The notes under the pieces are model-generated. The model saw nothing but the letters and a program-made list of their open reading frames with translations. It searched no databases and was not told where the DNA came from. Positions 11,701-23,155 of a DNA stretch of 64,000 nt are shown one piece after another (the stretch's first letter is position 1; each line of letters begins with the position of its first letter). Source of the stretch: Diplonema japonicum. Its lineage: Eukaryota; Protista; Euglenozoa: Diplonemea. The stretch is from assembly GCA_964019335.1 (NCBI GenBank), contig OZ025721.1, positions 186,001 through 250,000 of the forward strand. Direction: 5' to 3'. The position numbers and the translations under genes are program-made.

Positions 11701-12814
11701 AGACCATTATTAAAACTGAACAATTTAAATACAAATCCGGTAGTTAAATATGAGATTTTGGAGTTAAATTATGGGGCTTCAGAGTGAAAAAATGGGTCTT
11801 GTCGTGGAAAAAAATGTACCCGACCCCTTGAAAAAATTTTTTGGGGACGGGGTATTTTGACTATTTTTGGCCATCTGAGGCCATTCCAGCCCTTAAAAGT
11901 GGGAATAAGTGCTTTACTTCCCCTTTAAATGCCACGGCGAAATAGCAACCCCCATATTAAAGTTTTTTTGCTCGGCACAAGTTGCATGTAGTTATAAAAT
12001 CCATTTTTTGAAAGATAAATATTTGTAGCAAAAAAAAAGAAAAAAAAAGAAAAAAAACAGATTTTCCACGAAGAACCTGTGGACTCAAAGCTCCTCGAAA
12101 GCGAGAAAATGGTGTACTTCACTAATGCGAACACTAAGGTTTGGTTCAGAAGAAAAAAAAGAAAAAAAAAAAACAATTCTCATCTAGGTCGCTGTTTTGT
12201 GTAACCATCAAAAGACGATGGCAAAGGGACACGAACAGCAGAAGGAGAGTCTGAACAGCAAGGTGGAAGATTTGAAGACGACCTTGAAACTCTTGGAGGG
12301 CGCGCTGGAGAAAATCAACAAGGCCAAGAAGAACAAGCGGGGCGACGTGTTCAAAGTGGAAAAGGAACGGTACTGGAAGGTGGAGGACAAAATTCAGTTG
12401 ACCTGGCTTAAAAAATACGGCAAAGAAGAAGATTTGGAGAAGTATGAGACTGCAATGGAGAGGAGGAAAGGTGGGGGTGCAAGCCCGAAGAGGAAGAGAA
12501 AAGACGACAGCGACTCTGATGACGATAAACCCCTCAAGAAAAAAACCAAAAAAGCCGCGCCCAAGAAATCAAAGAAGAAGAAGGACGACTCGGAGGAGAG
12601 CAGCAACGACAGCGAGAGCGAAAAATCCACCAAATCTTCGAAATCGAACGGCAGTGGCAGCAAAAGCGGCAGCGACAGCGATTCAGACGAGAAACCCCTT
12701 AAAAAACGAGGCAAAAAAGCTGCAAAGAAAGCAACGCCGAAAAAAGCTGCTGCAAGGAAAGGACGCCGTAAAATGGAGCAATCAGAGAGCGACAGCAGCA
12801 GCGACAGCGATTAG
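8738..12814 (+). CDS. TOP1: Topoisomerase IB large subunit, full copy 3; exons 8738-10273, 12061-12138, 12188-12814 (about 746 aa)
   Basis: K/S/D-rich N-terminus and complete core with catalytic R, K, R, H equivalents (ALRVG, GKDSI, FRTYNAS, LCNHQK). The linker WLKKYGKEE and a K/S-rich tail follow instead of the Tyr domain, as in kinetoplastid TOP1L. Phase-0 GT-AG introns. Confidence 0.92.
10308..11946. mobile_element. Complex inverted-repeat element(s) filling TOP1 copy 3 intron 1
   Basis: About 60-bp IR pair (10308-10375 / 11550-11611) interleaved with an about 185-bp IR pair (11311-11494 / 11762-11946). Minus-strand frameshifted Cys-rich remnant CPNC..WECTEC..PSCDYVVCFTC at about 10645-10810. 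Segments recur at 54218-54405. Confidence 0.6.
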
Positions 12815-13313
12815 GAATGGATCCTTTAGTGTTGTAAAAAAAAAGGGGGGGGTAATATTTTAATAGTGTGTCAGGGGGAGGGGAGGTGTTTTTTTTTTGT
12901 ACTTTGTTTTCTCTTTTTTTTCCTTTGATTATCCCATTTTTTTTTTCTTTTACCTCCCTTCTTGTTCACCTCTCTTTTTTTGTTTGCAAAACCCCCCCCC
13001 TAAAAAACCGTCTCTATAAAATCCAGAGGAGAGGAAAACAAAAAAAAACAAAAACAAAAAGGAAAGGAAAATTCATAGTGGAAGCCCTTTCCCTCCTCCC
13101 TGTTGTTCATCCCAAGGGCGGTCCTCAGTTGCTGGACATCGCGTCTTAGAACAGCGTCGTTCCCCCCCCTCCCTTTTTTTCCTGCTACCTCTCCTTCCCT
13201 TTCCCCCTTCTATTCCCACTTTCTGAGTGTGCTACTCTTCTTCTTTTTTTTTTTTTCATTTAGCCAGGGAGAGGATTAAAAAAAAAAAAAGAGGGAAAAA
13301 AAAAAAAGGTAAA

Positions 13314-16300
13314 ATGGCTTATAAATACGTGTCTTCAGTACACAGACCAACGGCAGTGAAGCTCAGCACAGCTGGGGCGTTCGTGAGCCCGGATTCAAGA
13401 AATTTGGTCACGGTGCAGGGCTCAAGGGTGGCAGTGCACAGCGTATTTTCTGATGGTTTGAAACTTCTAGCAGATGAATGTGTGTACCACACAAAAATTT
13501 TGGCAGCGCAGCTATTCAGGCCGGTGAAACGGGACAGAGACCTACTTTTCCTTCTGTTTGAAGAAGAAGAGTGTGTGGTCATGGAGTGGAACCAAGTCAA
13601 CCCTGGTTTGAAACAGGTGTCAAGGCTCGATCTCAGCGAACCAATCGGTGTTCCGGTTGACCTAGAACGACACTCTCCCATGGCAATGTCGCAGGATCAA
13701 ACCCTGATGGCCTTTCATTTTATCCAAGGCCAGATCAAAATCGTGAAGATAAACGTGGATGGGACTCTGAAACACCCGTTCACACTCAGGCTCGAAGAGT
13801 TCCCGATCAACGATTTTTGCTTTGTGAACGAGGATGCGTTCAAGACGAAATCCCCTACTCTGGCTATTCTGTACCCACAAGACAAGCTGGTGCACCTCAA
13901 GACATACTGCATAAACGTCGAGAAGAAAACAATTGTCGAGGGAGCATTCTCTCAGAACAACGTGGAAAACGCCGCTCGAAAAATCGCCCCTGCACCATCC
14001 GGAATATTCATATTCGGAAGCCAGTTGATTTCGCACTTGAACCCCACGTCGGTTCGAACCATACCTATCACAGATTTCACCACTACAGAGAACGCTGACA
14101 CATCACAACGGCACGAAGATCCGGTTAGTTTTGAAGACACGTCTATAGTTGCATGGTGTGCAGTTGACGATACAAGGTTCCTGCTTTCAAACAGTTCCGG
14201 GAAGCTTTACGGCCTCACCATCACAAGAAAGGAGAAATACGAGTTGAAACTGGAAGCCCTCGGGTACACATCCGTCCCTTCAACCCTTTCATGGACAGGG
14301 ATCGATCCTGGAACGCTCTACGTCGGAAGCGGTACCGGCGACTCAATGCTTGTTCAAATGTTAACATCCCCCAACGAGGAAGACCAATGGATCAATATTC
14401 AGGAATCGTATTGCAACCTGGGACCGATCATGGACTTTGCAGTTGTTGACGCACCGTCTGGAAGCAGTCAGATCGTGTCATGCAGCGGGTCCGGCAAGGA
14501 TGGATCGCTCCGTGTCATTCAGAAAGGAATTGGGTTCACTGAGATCGCGTCCATGGACCTAGCAGGCGTGCAAGGCATGTGGAGTCTCAAAGGCCCCAAC
14601 AGCATCCACGAACGCTTCGTCGTTTTATCCTTCGTCGGGATAACGAAATTGTTAGAACTTCAATCTGACGAAGTAACCGAAACAGAAGCCAACGGGTTCA
14701 CAACCGACACAGGCTCGCTTTGGTGTGCTGACGTTCAAGACCGCTGGATTCAAATCACATCGCATGGCATCAACCTTGTCAACCCGGAGACAAGAGAGCT
14801 TGCGATGTCACTAGATGACTTTGAATCGAATGTGACCGTGGGAACAAGCAGCGGGGAGTGGGTTGCGTGCAGCATTTCAGGAGCTCTCCGAACGTTCCAG
14901 CTTAAATCTAAAGAGCTTGTTCCGAAATGCGGCAAGGACATGGGACATGAAGTGTCTTGCCTGTCCATTTCGTCAAATTACTGTCTGGCAGGGCTGTGGG
15001 ACGAACACATCGTGAGCATTTTAGATGTAGCATCTCTACTTGAAGTGGGAACGGTTTCAACGGGACTGTCGCTTCCCCGATCTGTGTTGCTGCATGATTT
15101 TGGTGAGTCGCAGTTTTTGTTCTGCGGGTTGGGCGACGGTGGGGTCATAACATGGTCGGTGGAACAAGCTACAGGTGGGAAACTTTCCATGACGGACGAA
15201 AGAAAGGTGAATCTCGGAACCCAACCGGTTACCTTGAAAGCTATAAAGACCACCACGCAGCAAACAGCGAGGGGGCAAAAAATCACAGAGACCGCGGTCT
15301 TCGTCTGCTCGGACAAACCGGCAGCCTTTTTCTCGCAGAAGAAAAGACTACAGATCTCGCATGTGAACCTGGGATCCGTGGCGATGGTCAGCCCGTTCAA
15401 CACACCATCACTGTTGGAGCAAAACGAGAATCATTTAGTGGTCATCACCACCAACTCTTTCGCCATTGGATACATTAACGGGATACAAAAACTGGACGTC
15501 CGAACCTACGCTCTCGGAAAGGGCCCCACAGCCATCACTCGCCACCGCCCATCTGGTACTTACGGGGTCCTCTGCGAAGAAGGTAAAATGAAACCAAACA
15601 CCGTCCAGTTGATAAGTGGAGTCAATTGGGAATCTCTTGCCTCATGGAAACTCGACCCTGAAGAACTAGCCTTATCCATATCCACAGTCTTCTTCCCTGA
15701 TGACGGGTGCGAGTACCTAGCAGTCGGAACGTCCTACACAGGTGACGAAGAAGAAGAACCGAAATCAGGACGGATCCTGATCTTCAAAATCTACGAATCA
15801 AGCAAGCTCAGCCTTGTTGCCGAAAAGGACGTTTGCGGAGCGGTTTATAAGATAACAGAGTACAACGGTTGTCTGTTGGCAGCTGTCAATGGGACGATTC
15901 AAATGTACAAATGGCAAGAAGGGGGCGGGCTGAGCTTGGAAGCCCAGCAAGCATGTCATCTCACTGCTATTTCACTGAATGTGAAGGGCGATTTGATTCT
16001 TGTTGGAGATCTATGGAGATCGGTGTCGCTGTTCTGCTACAAAGCTGTGGACAGTTCTTTCGAAGAGGTCGCTTACGACCAGAAGACAAGGAACGGCACG
16101 CTGATGGACGCTGTTATTGAGGACGATGACACGTTTCTGTTGGCCGACTACACCAGCTTGGTCACACTGTCTCAGTCGGAAGATAGAAGACTCGTTACGT
16201 CGGGCAAAATCAATCTAGGGAACACCGTGAATGTTTTCCGCAAGGGGACGCTTATCCATCAGGAAGCCTCAACTTCGCACAACGTCCCTCATGGGCATCA

Positions 16301-19300
16301 ATACGCTGACCCCGCCACAACCCTCCCCATCGACACATCGCGAAGCTGGATCTTTGGTACTGTGAATGGCGCGTTTGGCATTGCCACGCCGCTCTCCGCT
16401 TCTCAGTTTGCCTTCCTCGACACCATCCAACAAGCTATCATTAATGTATGAGGGGGGGGGGAAAAGAGGGGTTAGTGGCTGGTCCATCCGATGTAGTCGC
16501 GAAAGGAAATGTTGTTTGTAAATTAATATTTCTGATCTTGAAGCCACACAGGCCCTTTCGGGTATAACCTCTTGTCTCATGCACCGGGTTTAAAACCAAC
16601 TTTGCGCTCCGCTTAACCTTTTGTGGTTTCTCCCCCCGGGGCCACACATGGAAAAATCAAAAAAGTTTTCACTCAAAGGTTCACCGAATTTTTTTCCGGA
16701 AAATCATATGTCGCACATTGGGTCCATGACGCAAATATATCCATTCCAGCCTTAGAAAAAGCAGTAATTTTGTTGGCCATTTTGCAAAGGGTGGAGGGGA
16801 TCAGATAACAAGTTGGATAAATCAGAAAGTCCTGTTGCTCAGGGTTACAATTGTTAATTGTGTCTGTCAACCACAGGGTGAAATATAACGGTACTTTGGG
16901 TGGGGAGTGGGTGGGTTACTTCCTTTCTTATTCCTTTCGTTTCCTTCTTTCTGTGCGTTGTCCTTCCCCCATGCAATGCCTGTGGCGCAGTCAGTCTGTC
17001 TCTTGCCCCCTAGTAAATTCCTTTGACTGTCCTGCCCACGGCCACCTTTCTCCTTTCCATGTGTGTTCCTCATCGGGGGTAGGAGACTTAGCAGCCTCTG
17101 CTATGGGCCGAAATTGGAACAGCCGAAGAGGGCTGAATTATATTTTTCCCAAGAGAAAAAGGAAAAAAAAAAAAAACACAACAGGAATCGATCGGCACTT
17201 TAGAGTACCAACAGTGGAGGACGGCTAAAGATAGAAAGTGCGTGGAGCTCCCGTTTAATTACATTGATGGAGAAGTGATAGAAATGTTTGTAAACATCCC
17301 CTCAAAGCAACAGGAAACTATTGTTAAGAAAGTGAATGCTACACTAGGTGAACAAAAAAGAAAAGCGGTATGAGGAGGGGGGGAAAAGGAAAAGAAAAAG
17401 AAGAAAAAAAATAACTACTGTAAAACAAAAATCCACCGGAAGATAAAATATCCGGACCGCCGAAACATCCGGTGATTTTTTCTTCCGGACATTTTATCTT
17501 CCGGACATTTTTTTGGGGCACTTTTCAAGGGGGTACCTAGCCTGCCCTACGCACTGTCCCCTCCCCCTGTCTGCTGCATGTTTCCCTGGAAAAACTTATG
17601 TTTCTGTTGCAAGAGTCTTAAAAATGGCAAAAATAAAACTAAAAAAAGGGGGTGAGGAACGTCCTACCTGTCCGTCTTTGCTGCCTTCGCAGCCTTGGCA
17701 GTGCGCCTGGCCTCGGCCTCAGCAAGTCTTTGCTGGGTCAAGGGGGGGAGCATTTCTACCGAAGAAAAAGAAGAAGAAGAAACGGAAAACGAAGCTTCGT
17801 CCACCCAAGAAGCGGCGGAAACCGTACTTGTGTCAGATGACACGACAATCGTGTCATCCAACACTTCTCTGGCCCCTTCCAGCTGCCTAGCAAGCTTGGC
17901 ATATTGCTGGTCTTCCCACTCTTCATCCCACTCCCACTCTTCATCCCACTCTTCATCTCCGCAGCACGTCGCTGCAACGGCAATTCTCCCAAGCAGGACT
18001 CCACCAGGGCTCTAAAAAACGCCCGAAACAATGGGCCCAGCTTGCCTGTATAGCTTGCCTGCTGACATGCTCCCAGGCTGCTTCAACCCACCTGGCAGAA
18101 AAAAGAGGGCAAGTTGAATTATTTTAGTTTATTTTTTAAAAAATACCTCAGATGTGGTCCTTTTATCTCACTTGTACTTGGTACCGTCCACCCTTCCTGA
18201 CGGTTCCCTTCTTCCACATACTTGTCCAGCCTCCTCATAGACCACTTTTTATACTTGGTCTTGATTGTCGCCTTCATTGAGGCGTTCAGTCCTATGTCCA
18301 GGGGCTGGCACAAATAGGTGAGGCCTGGAGGGACAAAAGCTAAGTGAACGTTTGTTTCTAAAAACAAGTTCACAAAATCATCCGTAGTGTGGCCATTGTA
18401 GTCATCTAGGATGAGCAAGATGGGCTCGTTGGGTGCCCAGCCCGATGACTTTATAAGTTTATAGCAACAGGGGAGAAAGACACGTTTTACCCAGAGCTGA
18501 AGCGTTTCTTGGGTGGCCCAGTGGGATTTCGAAGCTGTTAAACTCCAGCCTTTTGGGGGGTGTGCAACACGAGGGACGGACCCAGGATATTTCCTGCAGC
18601 GGGCTGGTTCTCTTCTTCCCGTGTAAATTAACTGCGGATGCAGTTTGCCACCAGACAGAGAAACGCAAAACTGTCCGGTGACGGCACGCTTGTCCCCCAA
18701 GCCCCTAACCTTGACAACCTTGGAACCCCTTTTAGTCTTCGTCTTCTTCCCCAGCGGCAGCAGGGGAAGCGCCGTCTGGTCCATGTTCCAGGTCAACTCT
18801 GGCCTGATCCCATGTTCTTTGATGGTCCTTCCGACGTACTCTGCGAACCTCCTTGCTGCTTGGGTGTCATTGAGGCTGCTAGACTTCCCTGTTGTTGAGA
18901 CTCGTTGACCAGCGCTGGGCCGCCGTGGTACCATAGGTGGCTGCGTAGCGGCCTATTTTGGCCTTTTCAGCCTCAGCAAGCTTGAGCTTCGCAGGAGGCT
19001 TTCTTGCTTTCTTGGCGGCGTGCAAGGTGTTGATCTCTTGCACTTCCCTGGGGGTAAGATGGCCGGAGTTGCCAGCATCCAAAAAGGTACGCTTGCCAAC
19101 CCAGTTAGTCAAAGTGCCCTGTTGCATTTTTGAAAAAGTTAATGAAGAGTAAGTTTAATGAAAGATTAAGCGTCTGGAATGTGTTTAGGGGGCTAGGAAA
19201 ATGAGAAATAAAAAGCACAAGAACAACCCTAAAGCAAGCACAAGGAGTGGTTCGGTTCGACAAGTTTGTAGAAGCGAACAATCAGGATCTGAGGTATCTT

Positions 19301-20459
19301 TTAGTTCTTGGAAAAGTCCGTAATTCAATTCTCTCTGATTTTCGTTTGATTTTTCTCTTGCTACAGAAACTAGTTTCATCCGTTTTCGGGTCCAGCCCTT
19401 AAAAGAAAAGGGGGTCCCGGGAAAAAAATGCCCGGAAGAAAAAATATCCGGACCGCCAGAGCTTCCGGACATTTTATCTTCCGGACAATTTCTCTTCCGG
19501 ACATTTTATCTTCCGGTGATTTTTGTTTTACAGTATTTATTTAGTGAATATAAGATCCTATGATTTCACGCGTGGTGGCAGTGGTTTTGACGAGTGACGG
19601 TTATATCACGAGCGAAGCGAGTGTTATAACGTTTAACGAGTCAAAACTGCCACCACAAGTGAAATCATCAATCTTATATTCACAAATACGATATTTTATT
19701 TAACGACAGCAAAATTTGAGTGGGTGGGAGGTACAGGTGGTACCAGTTACAACAGGTGTCGGATATGTGCCTCGGTAGTGCACATGTTTCCTGCGAACAT
19801 CAACGCTGCATAAGCGTGGCGGACGATGCCATACCTCGGTGCTAAAGAATTCTGTTATTTGCTCTTGGGCAAAGATGTTCGCCTTTTTTGTTGACTCGCC
19901 TTCTTGGAACCTCTTCACAACCGAGTTTAGCCTTGAATAAACCGTCCGGACTGAACGGGCAGCAGGCCTTGCTTGTTCATGTCGCTAAAATAGAGAATAT
20001 AATCCTCTTCTTTCGGACGGGCCTTTCTTTTCCTTCCTATAATTATGAAACACACAAAAGCGTGCCCACTCCTTTTCGTATGGCTCTTGGAAGGGGGTGA
20101 ACCCTGCTGCGTCCGCCTCTTGTGCAGTCGGGTTCTTGCCCATCCCAAAGGAACCTTGGTAGGAATTTCTGGAGGGTTTTGCTTAAATTAGGCCCAGGAG
20201 TGAAATAATATTTCTTATTTTAACGCTATCAGAATTTTTTCACTCCTGGGCCTAATTTCTTTTAGAAGCCGCAGCGTGAAAATAAAGTCTAAAGTCAGGA
20301 GTGAAATAAAGTGAATTATTTTCACTCCCACCCATGAAAATTTTGGTGGAGTTAAATTTAAAAAAAAAAAAGAAAAAAAAAAAGGGAGACAGCAGCCCGA
20401 TAACGATTACAGTCCAACACCTCATCGACAAACTTGATCAAATAACCAGATTGCTGTAG
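13314..20459 (+). CDS. DDB1: DNA damage-binding protein 1; exons 13314-16445, 17185-17367, 20385-20459 (about 1129 aa)
   Basis: MAYKYVSSVHRPTAV, NLGPIMDF, CSGSGKDGSLRVI, LAVGT, ILVGDLWRSV. Exon 2 supplies SIG..QWR..YIDGEVIE and exon 3 supplies TVQHLIDKLDQITR. Both donors are GTATGA. Confidence 0.9.
17418..19533 (-). mobile_element. pogo/Tigger-like Tc1-mariner DNA transposon (degenerate) in DDB1 intron 2
   Basis: TIR CTGTAAAACAAAAATC(C)ACCGGAAGATAAAA flanked by TA on both sides. DDE_1 transposase WNMDQT..LLILDDYNGH..QPLDIG (18119-18934), N-terminal part 18879-19127 out of frame, C-terminal part reached via an intron at 18092-18146. Confidence 0.9.
19534..20358 (-). mobile_element. Crypton-like element remnant (its terminus continues at about 17409-17417, split by the pogo insertion)
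   Basis: Reverse complement matches both ends of 6786-7475. Internal IR AAATTAGGCCCAGGAGTGAAA at 20185-20205/20238-20258. Minus-strand remnant SVRTVYSRLNSVVKRFQEGESTKKANIFAQEQITEFF. Confidence 0.68.
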
Positions 20460-20877
20460 CAAACCAGGGTCTTATTTTCCTTAATTCCCTGTCCTCTTTC
20501 TGTTTCTATTCAAAAAAAAAAAAAAAAAAAGGAAAAAAAAGAAAAGAAAAAGCCTAACCCCTGTTCCTCTTCATATTCTTCTTTTTTTTTACCCCCTCTT
20601 TCACCTTGTCTGGTTGACTTGGGCACAAGGGAAAAACATTAAGTAAAGCTGCGGGAAAAATCAAGGGTCGGCGGAAAGAAAAGGGGAGGAGGGGGAAATA
20701 AAAGAATTGGGGGGGGGGGGGGGTAAGTTCTTTGCTGGAACAAGAAGAAAAAAACTTAAATTGGGGAGGGGTCGAGTCTGTCCTGTTCCCCCCCCCCCCC
20801 CCCCCCCCACTCTTTTCTAACTGGTGAAAAAACAAAAGCAGGAGAAAGAAAAAAGAAAGAAGAAGGAAAAAAAAAAC

Positions 20878-22482
20878 ATGATCCGCGCGCAACTTCTTGC
20901 AGCCTTGATGGCTGTCAGTGTTGCTCAAGAGCCGTACCCTGTAAAATTCGACTTCCACCGGATTAAAAGCTGGGACGGAACGGAATTGAACGGGAACTCT
21001 TACGTGCCAATCGTCGAGGCGAACAGCACGAAGAAGTTCCCCCTGGTCATCTTTATCAACTCGTGGGGGTCTCCCAGCATCGAGTACGTGGCTCCTGTCA
21101 ACCGATTTGCAAAGAAGGGCTACGTGGGCCTCGAATATGCCGCAAGAGGTTTCTATGGATCAGGCGGTGAGGCAGGCGTAGCAGGCCCTGACGATATCAA
21201 GGATGTGACCGCCATCATCACCTGGGCCCTGCAAAAATGGCCCATGGCCGACCCTGAGCAGGTTGCCCTCGGTGGCATCAGCTATGGCGCGGGCATCTCT
21301 TTGGAAGGTGCCGGTGCTGACTCCCGTGTGAAGGCCGTTCTTGCCCTCTCTGGTTGGAAGTCCCTTATCGATGCGTTGTGGTGGCAGCAGGCTCCTTCTC
21401 TTGTCTGGTCTGACATCCTTGTTATCCTTGGCAACTCCACAGCCAACTTGCCCCCCCAGCTTTTCCAAATGCTCAACAACCTCATGACCTATCAGAATGT
21501 GAACGCCACTATCGAGTACGGCCATCTCAGGAGCCCCGACAGGTTTCTCACTCAGCTCAACTCCCGAAAGGTTCCCATCCTCATCTCGAACAACCAGGAA
21601 GACAATTTGTTCCACTCCAACTTCCAGCTTGACTTTTGGGAGCAGCTTCAGGGGCCGAAGAGGCTTCAACTTAACCAGGGCACCCATGCCGAGGCGGAGC
21701 TCAAGGGGCTCATTCCAGGCGAGGATGATACTTATATCTGGGATGCTTGTGATGACTGGTTGGACCATTTCCTGAAGGGTGTTCAGAACAACATTGAGAA
21801 GCCTCCTCTTGTGAGGATCACGCTTGGGGACAAGGAAGTTGAGATGGTGCATGAAACATTCGACACGTGGCCGCCCAGCACAGGGTACAACGTCATGCAG
21901 TACAGGGCAGGCGGTAGGGGGGGCAGCAAGTTCGGGACTCTTGGGGCATCGACCACGGCAGGACCGGACACCATCAGCTTCACGAACAACACGAAAATGT
22001 CATGTGGCGAGCCTGTCATCGCACCTGTGTTCAAGCCGGTGGTGCCTATCAGAGCAAAGCTGAACGAACTGGACCCGAACCACGAGATCGCATTCTTGAC
22101 AGAGAAGTTCGGGCATGACGTAAGGGTCTGTGGGAACATCCACCTGAAAGACCTTGTGGTGTCGGCAACGGCCGACAGGTTCCAGGTGTACGGCTACATC
22201 TACTCTTACCACAATGGGCTTCTTGCACACTCTGGAACTCTTGTGACGCATACCCCCACAGGGATCTGGGCGGGGTACAAGGCTGGTGAGGACTACACTG
22301 TTCCTGAACTGGAGTTCCGCAGTGCGTGCGTTGACATCAAGAAAGGACACCAGCTGGCGTTGGGGCTCAACATGAAGAACGCCCTTTACAAGAGCGCGAA
22401 CGAGAATGCAGGTGTTTCTATGACCATCAAGTATGGTCCCAATGGGGGCCCGTTGCTGTCGGTTCCGACTGTGCAGAGTTGA
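20878..22482 (+). CDS. Secreted CocE/NonD (peptidase S15-like) alpha/beta hydrolase, paralog 1
   Basis: Signal-like N-terminus, P.VIFINSWG, ARGFYGSGG, nucleophile GISYGAG, C-terminal jelly-roll (IKKGHQLALGL). No introns. Confidence 0.85.
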   Translation: MIRAQLLAALMAVSVAQEPYPVKFDFHRIKSWDGTELNGNSYVPIVEANSTKKFPLVIFINSWGSPSIEYVAPVNRFAKKGYVGLEYAARGFYGSGGEAGVAGPDDIKDVTAIITWALQKWPMADPEQVALGGISYGAGISLEGAGADSRVKAVLALSGWKSLIDALWWQQAPSLVWSDILVILGNSTANLPPQLFQMLNNLMTYQNVNATIEYGHLRSPDRFLTQLNSRKVPILISNNQEDNLFHSNFQLDFWEQLQGPKRLQLNQGTHAEAELKGLIPGEDDTYIWDACDDWLDHFLKGVQNNIEKPPLVRITLGDKEVEMVHETFDTWPPSTGYNVMQYRAGGRGGSKFGTLGASTTAGPDTISFTNNTKMSCGEPVIAPVFKPVVPIRAKLNELDPNHEIAFLTEKFGHDVRVCGNIHLKDLVVSATADRFQVYGYIYSYHNGLLAHSGTLVTHTPTGIWAGYKAGEDYTVPELEFRSACVDIKKGHQLALGLNMKNALYKSANENAGVSMTIKYGPNGGPLLSVPTVQS

Positions 22483-23155
22483 GAAATGAATTGAATTTTT
22501 TTTTTTCCTTTTTTTTTTTTTGTTTCTTTTTCTTCCCGTGTCTTTTCCTATCGTTTAAATAAAAAAAAAATGCTAACATGAAATCAATGAAAAAAAAAAA
22601 AAAAAAAGAAAAAAAGCCACGCCCCACGCTCCCCCACTTCCTGGGGTTGGAGTTGATCTTCGAAGAAGGAAGGAGATGCGCTTACATTTGTTTTTCTTTT
22701 TTTTTTTTTTAATTTATCCAAAAGTTTTACGATTCCTCCTAACATGATGATAAAAAGGAAAAAGAGGGGATTCTTCTGTTTAAAAAAAAAGAAGAAGAAG
22801 AAGAAATGTAAGCACACAGTACTTTCGCTTTGTTAAGAAAAGTGGAATGGCAGCACATCCGCATCCCCCCTCCCTCCCCCTCATTTTTTTCTTTCTTTTT
22901 TTTTTTTCCATGCCAGAATAGGGATGCTACTCACCTTCAATGGAAAAAAGAAAGGGAAAGGAAGAAAGAAAAAAAAAAGCGAGAAACTAAAAAAAAAAAA
23001 AAAAAAGAAAGAAAAAAAAAGGAGGAAAAAAAAGATAGAAATACCCTAAACGGTGGTCGAACTTCTTCTCTTTTTCTTTCCCCCCTCTTCTCTTTTGATT
23101 TTCGCAAAAAAAAAAAAAAAAAAAAAAAAAAAAGGAAAAAAGAGAAAAAAAAAAC

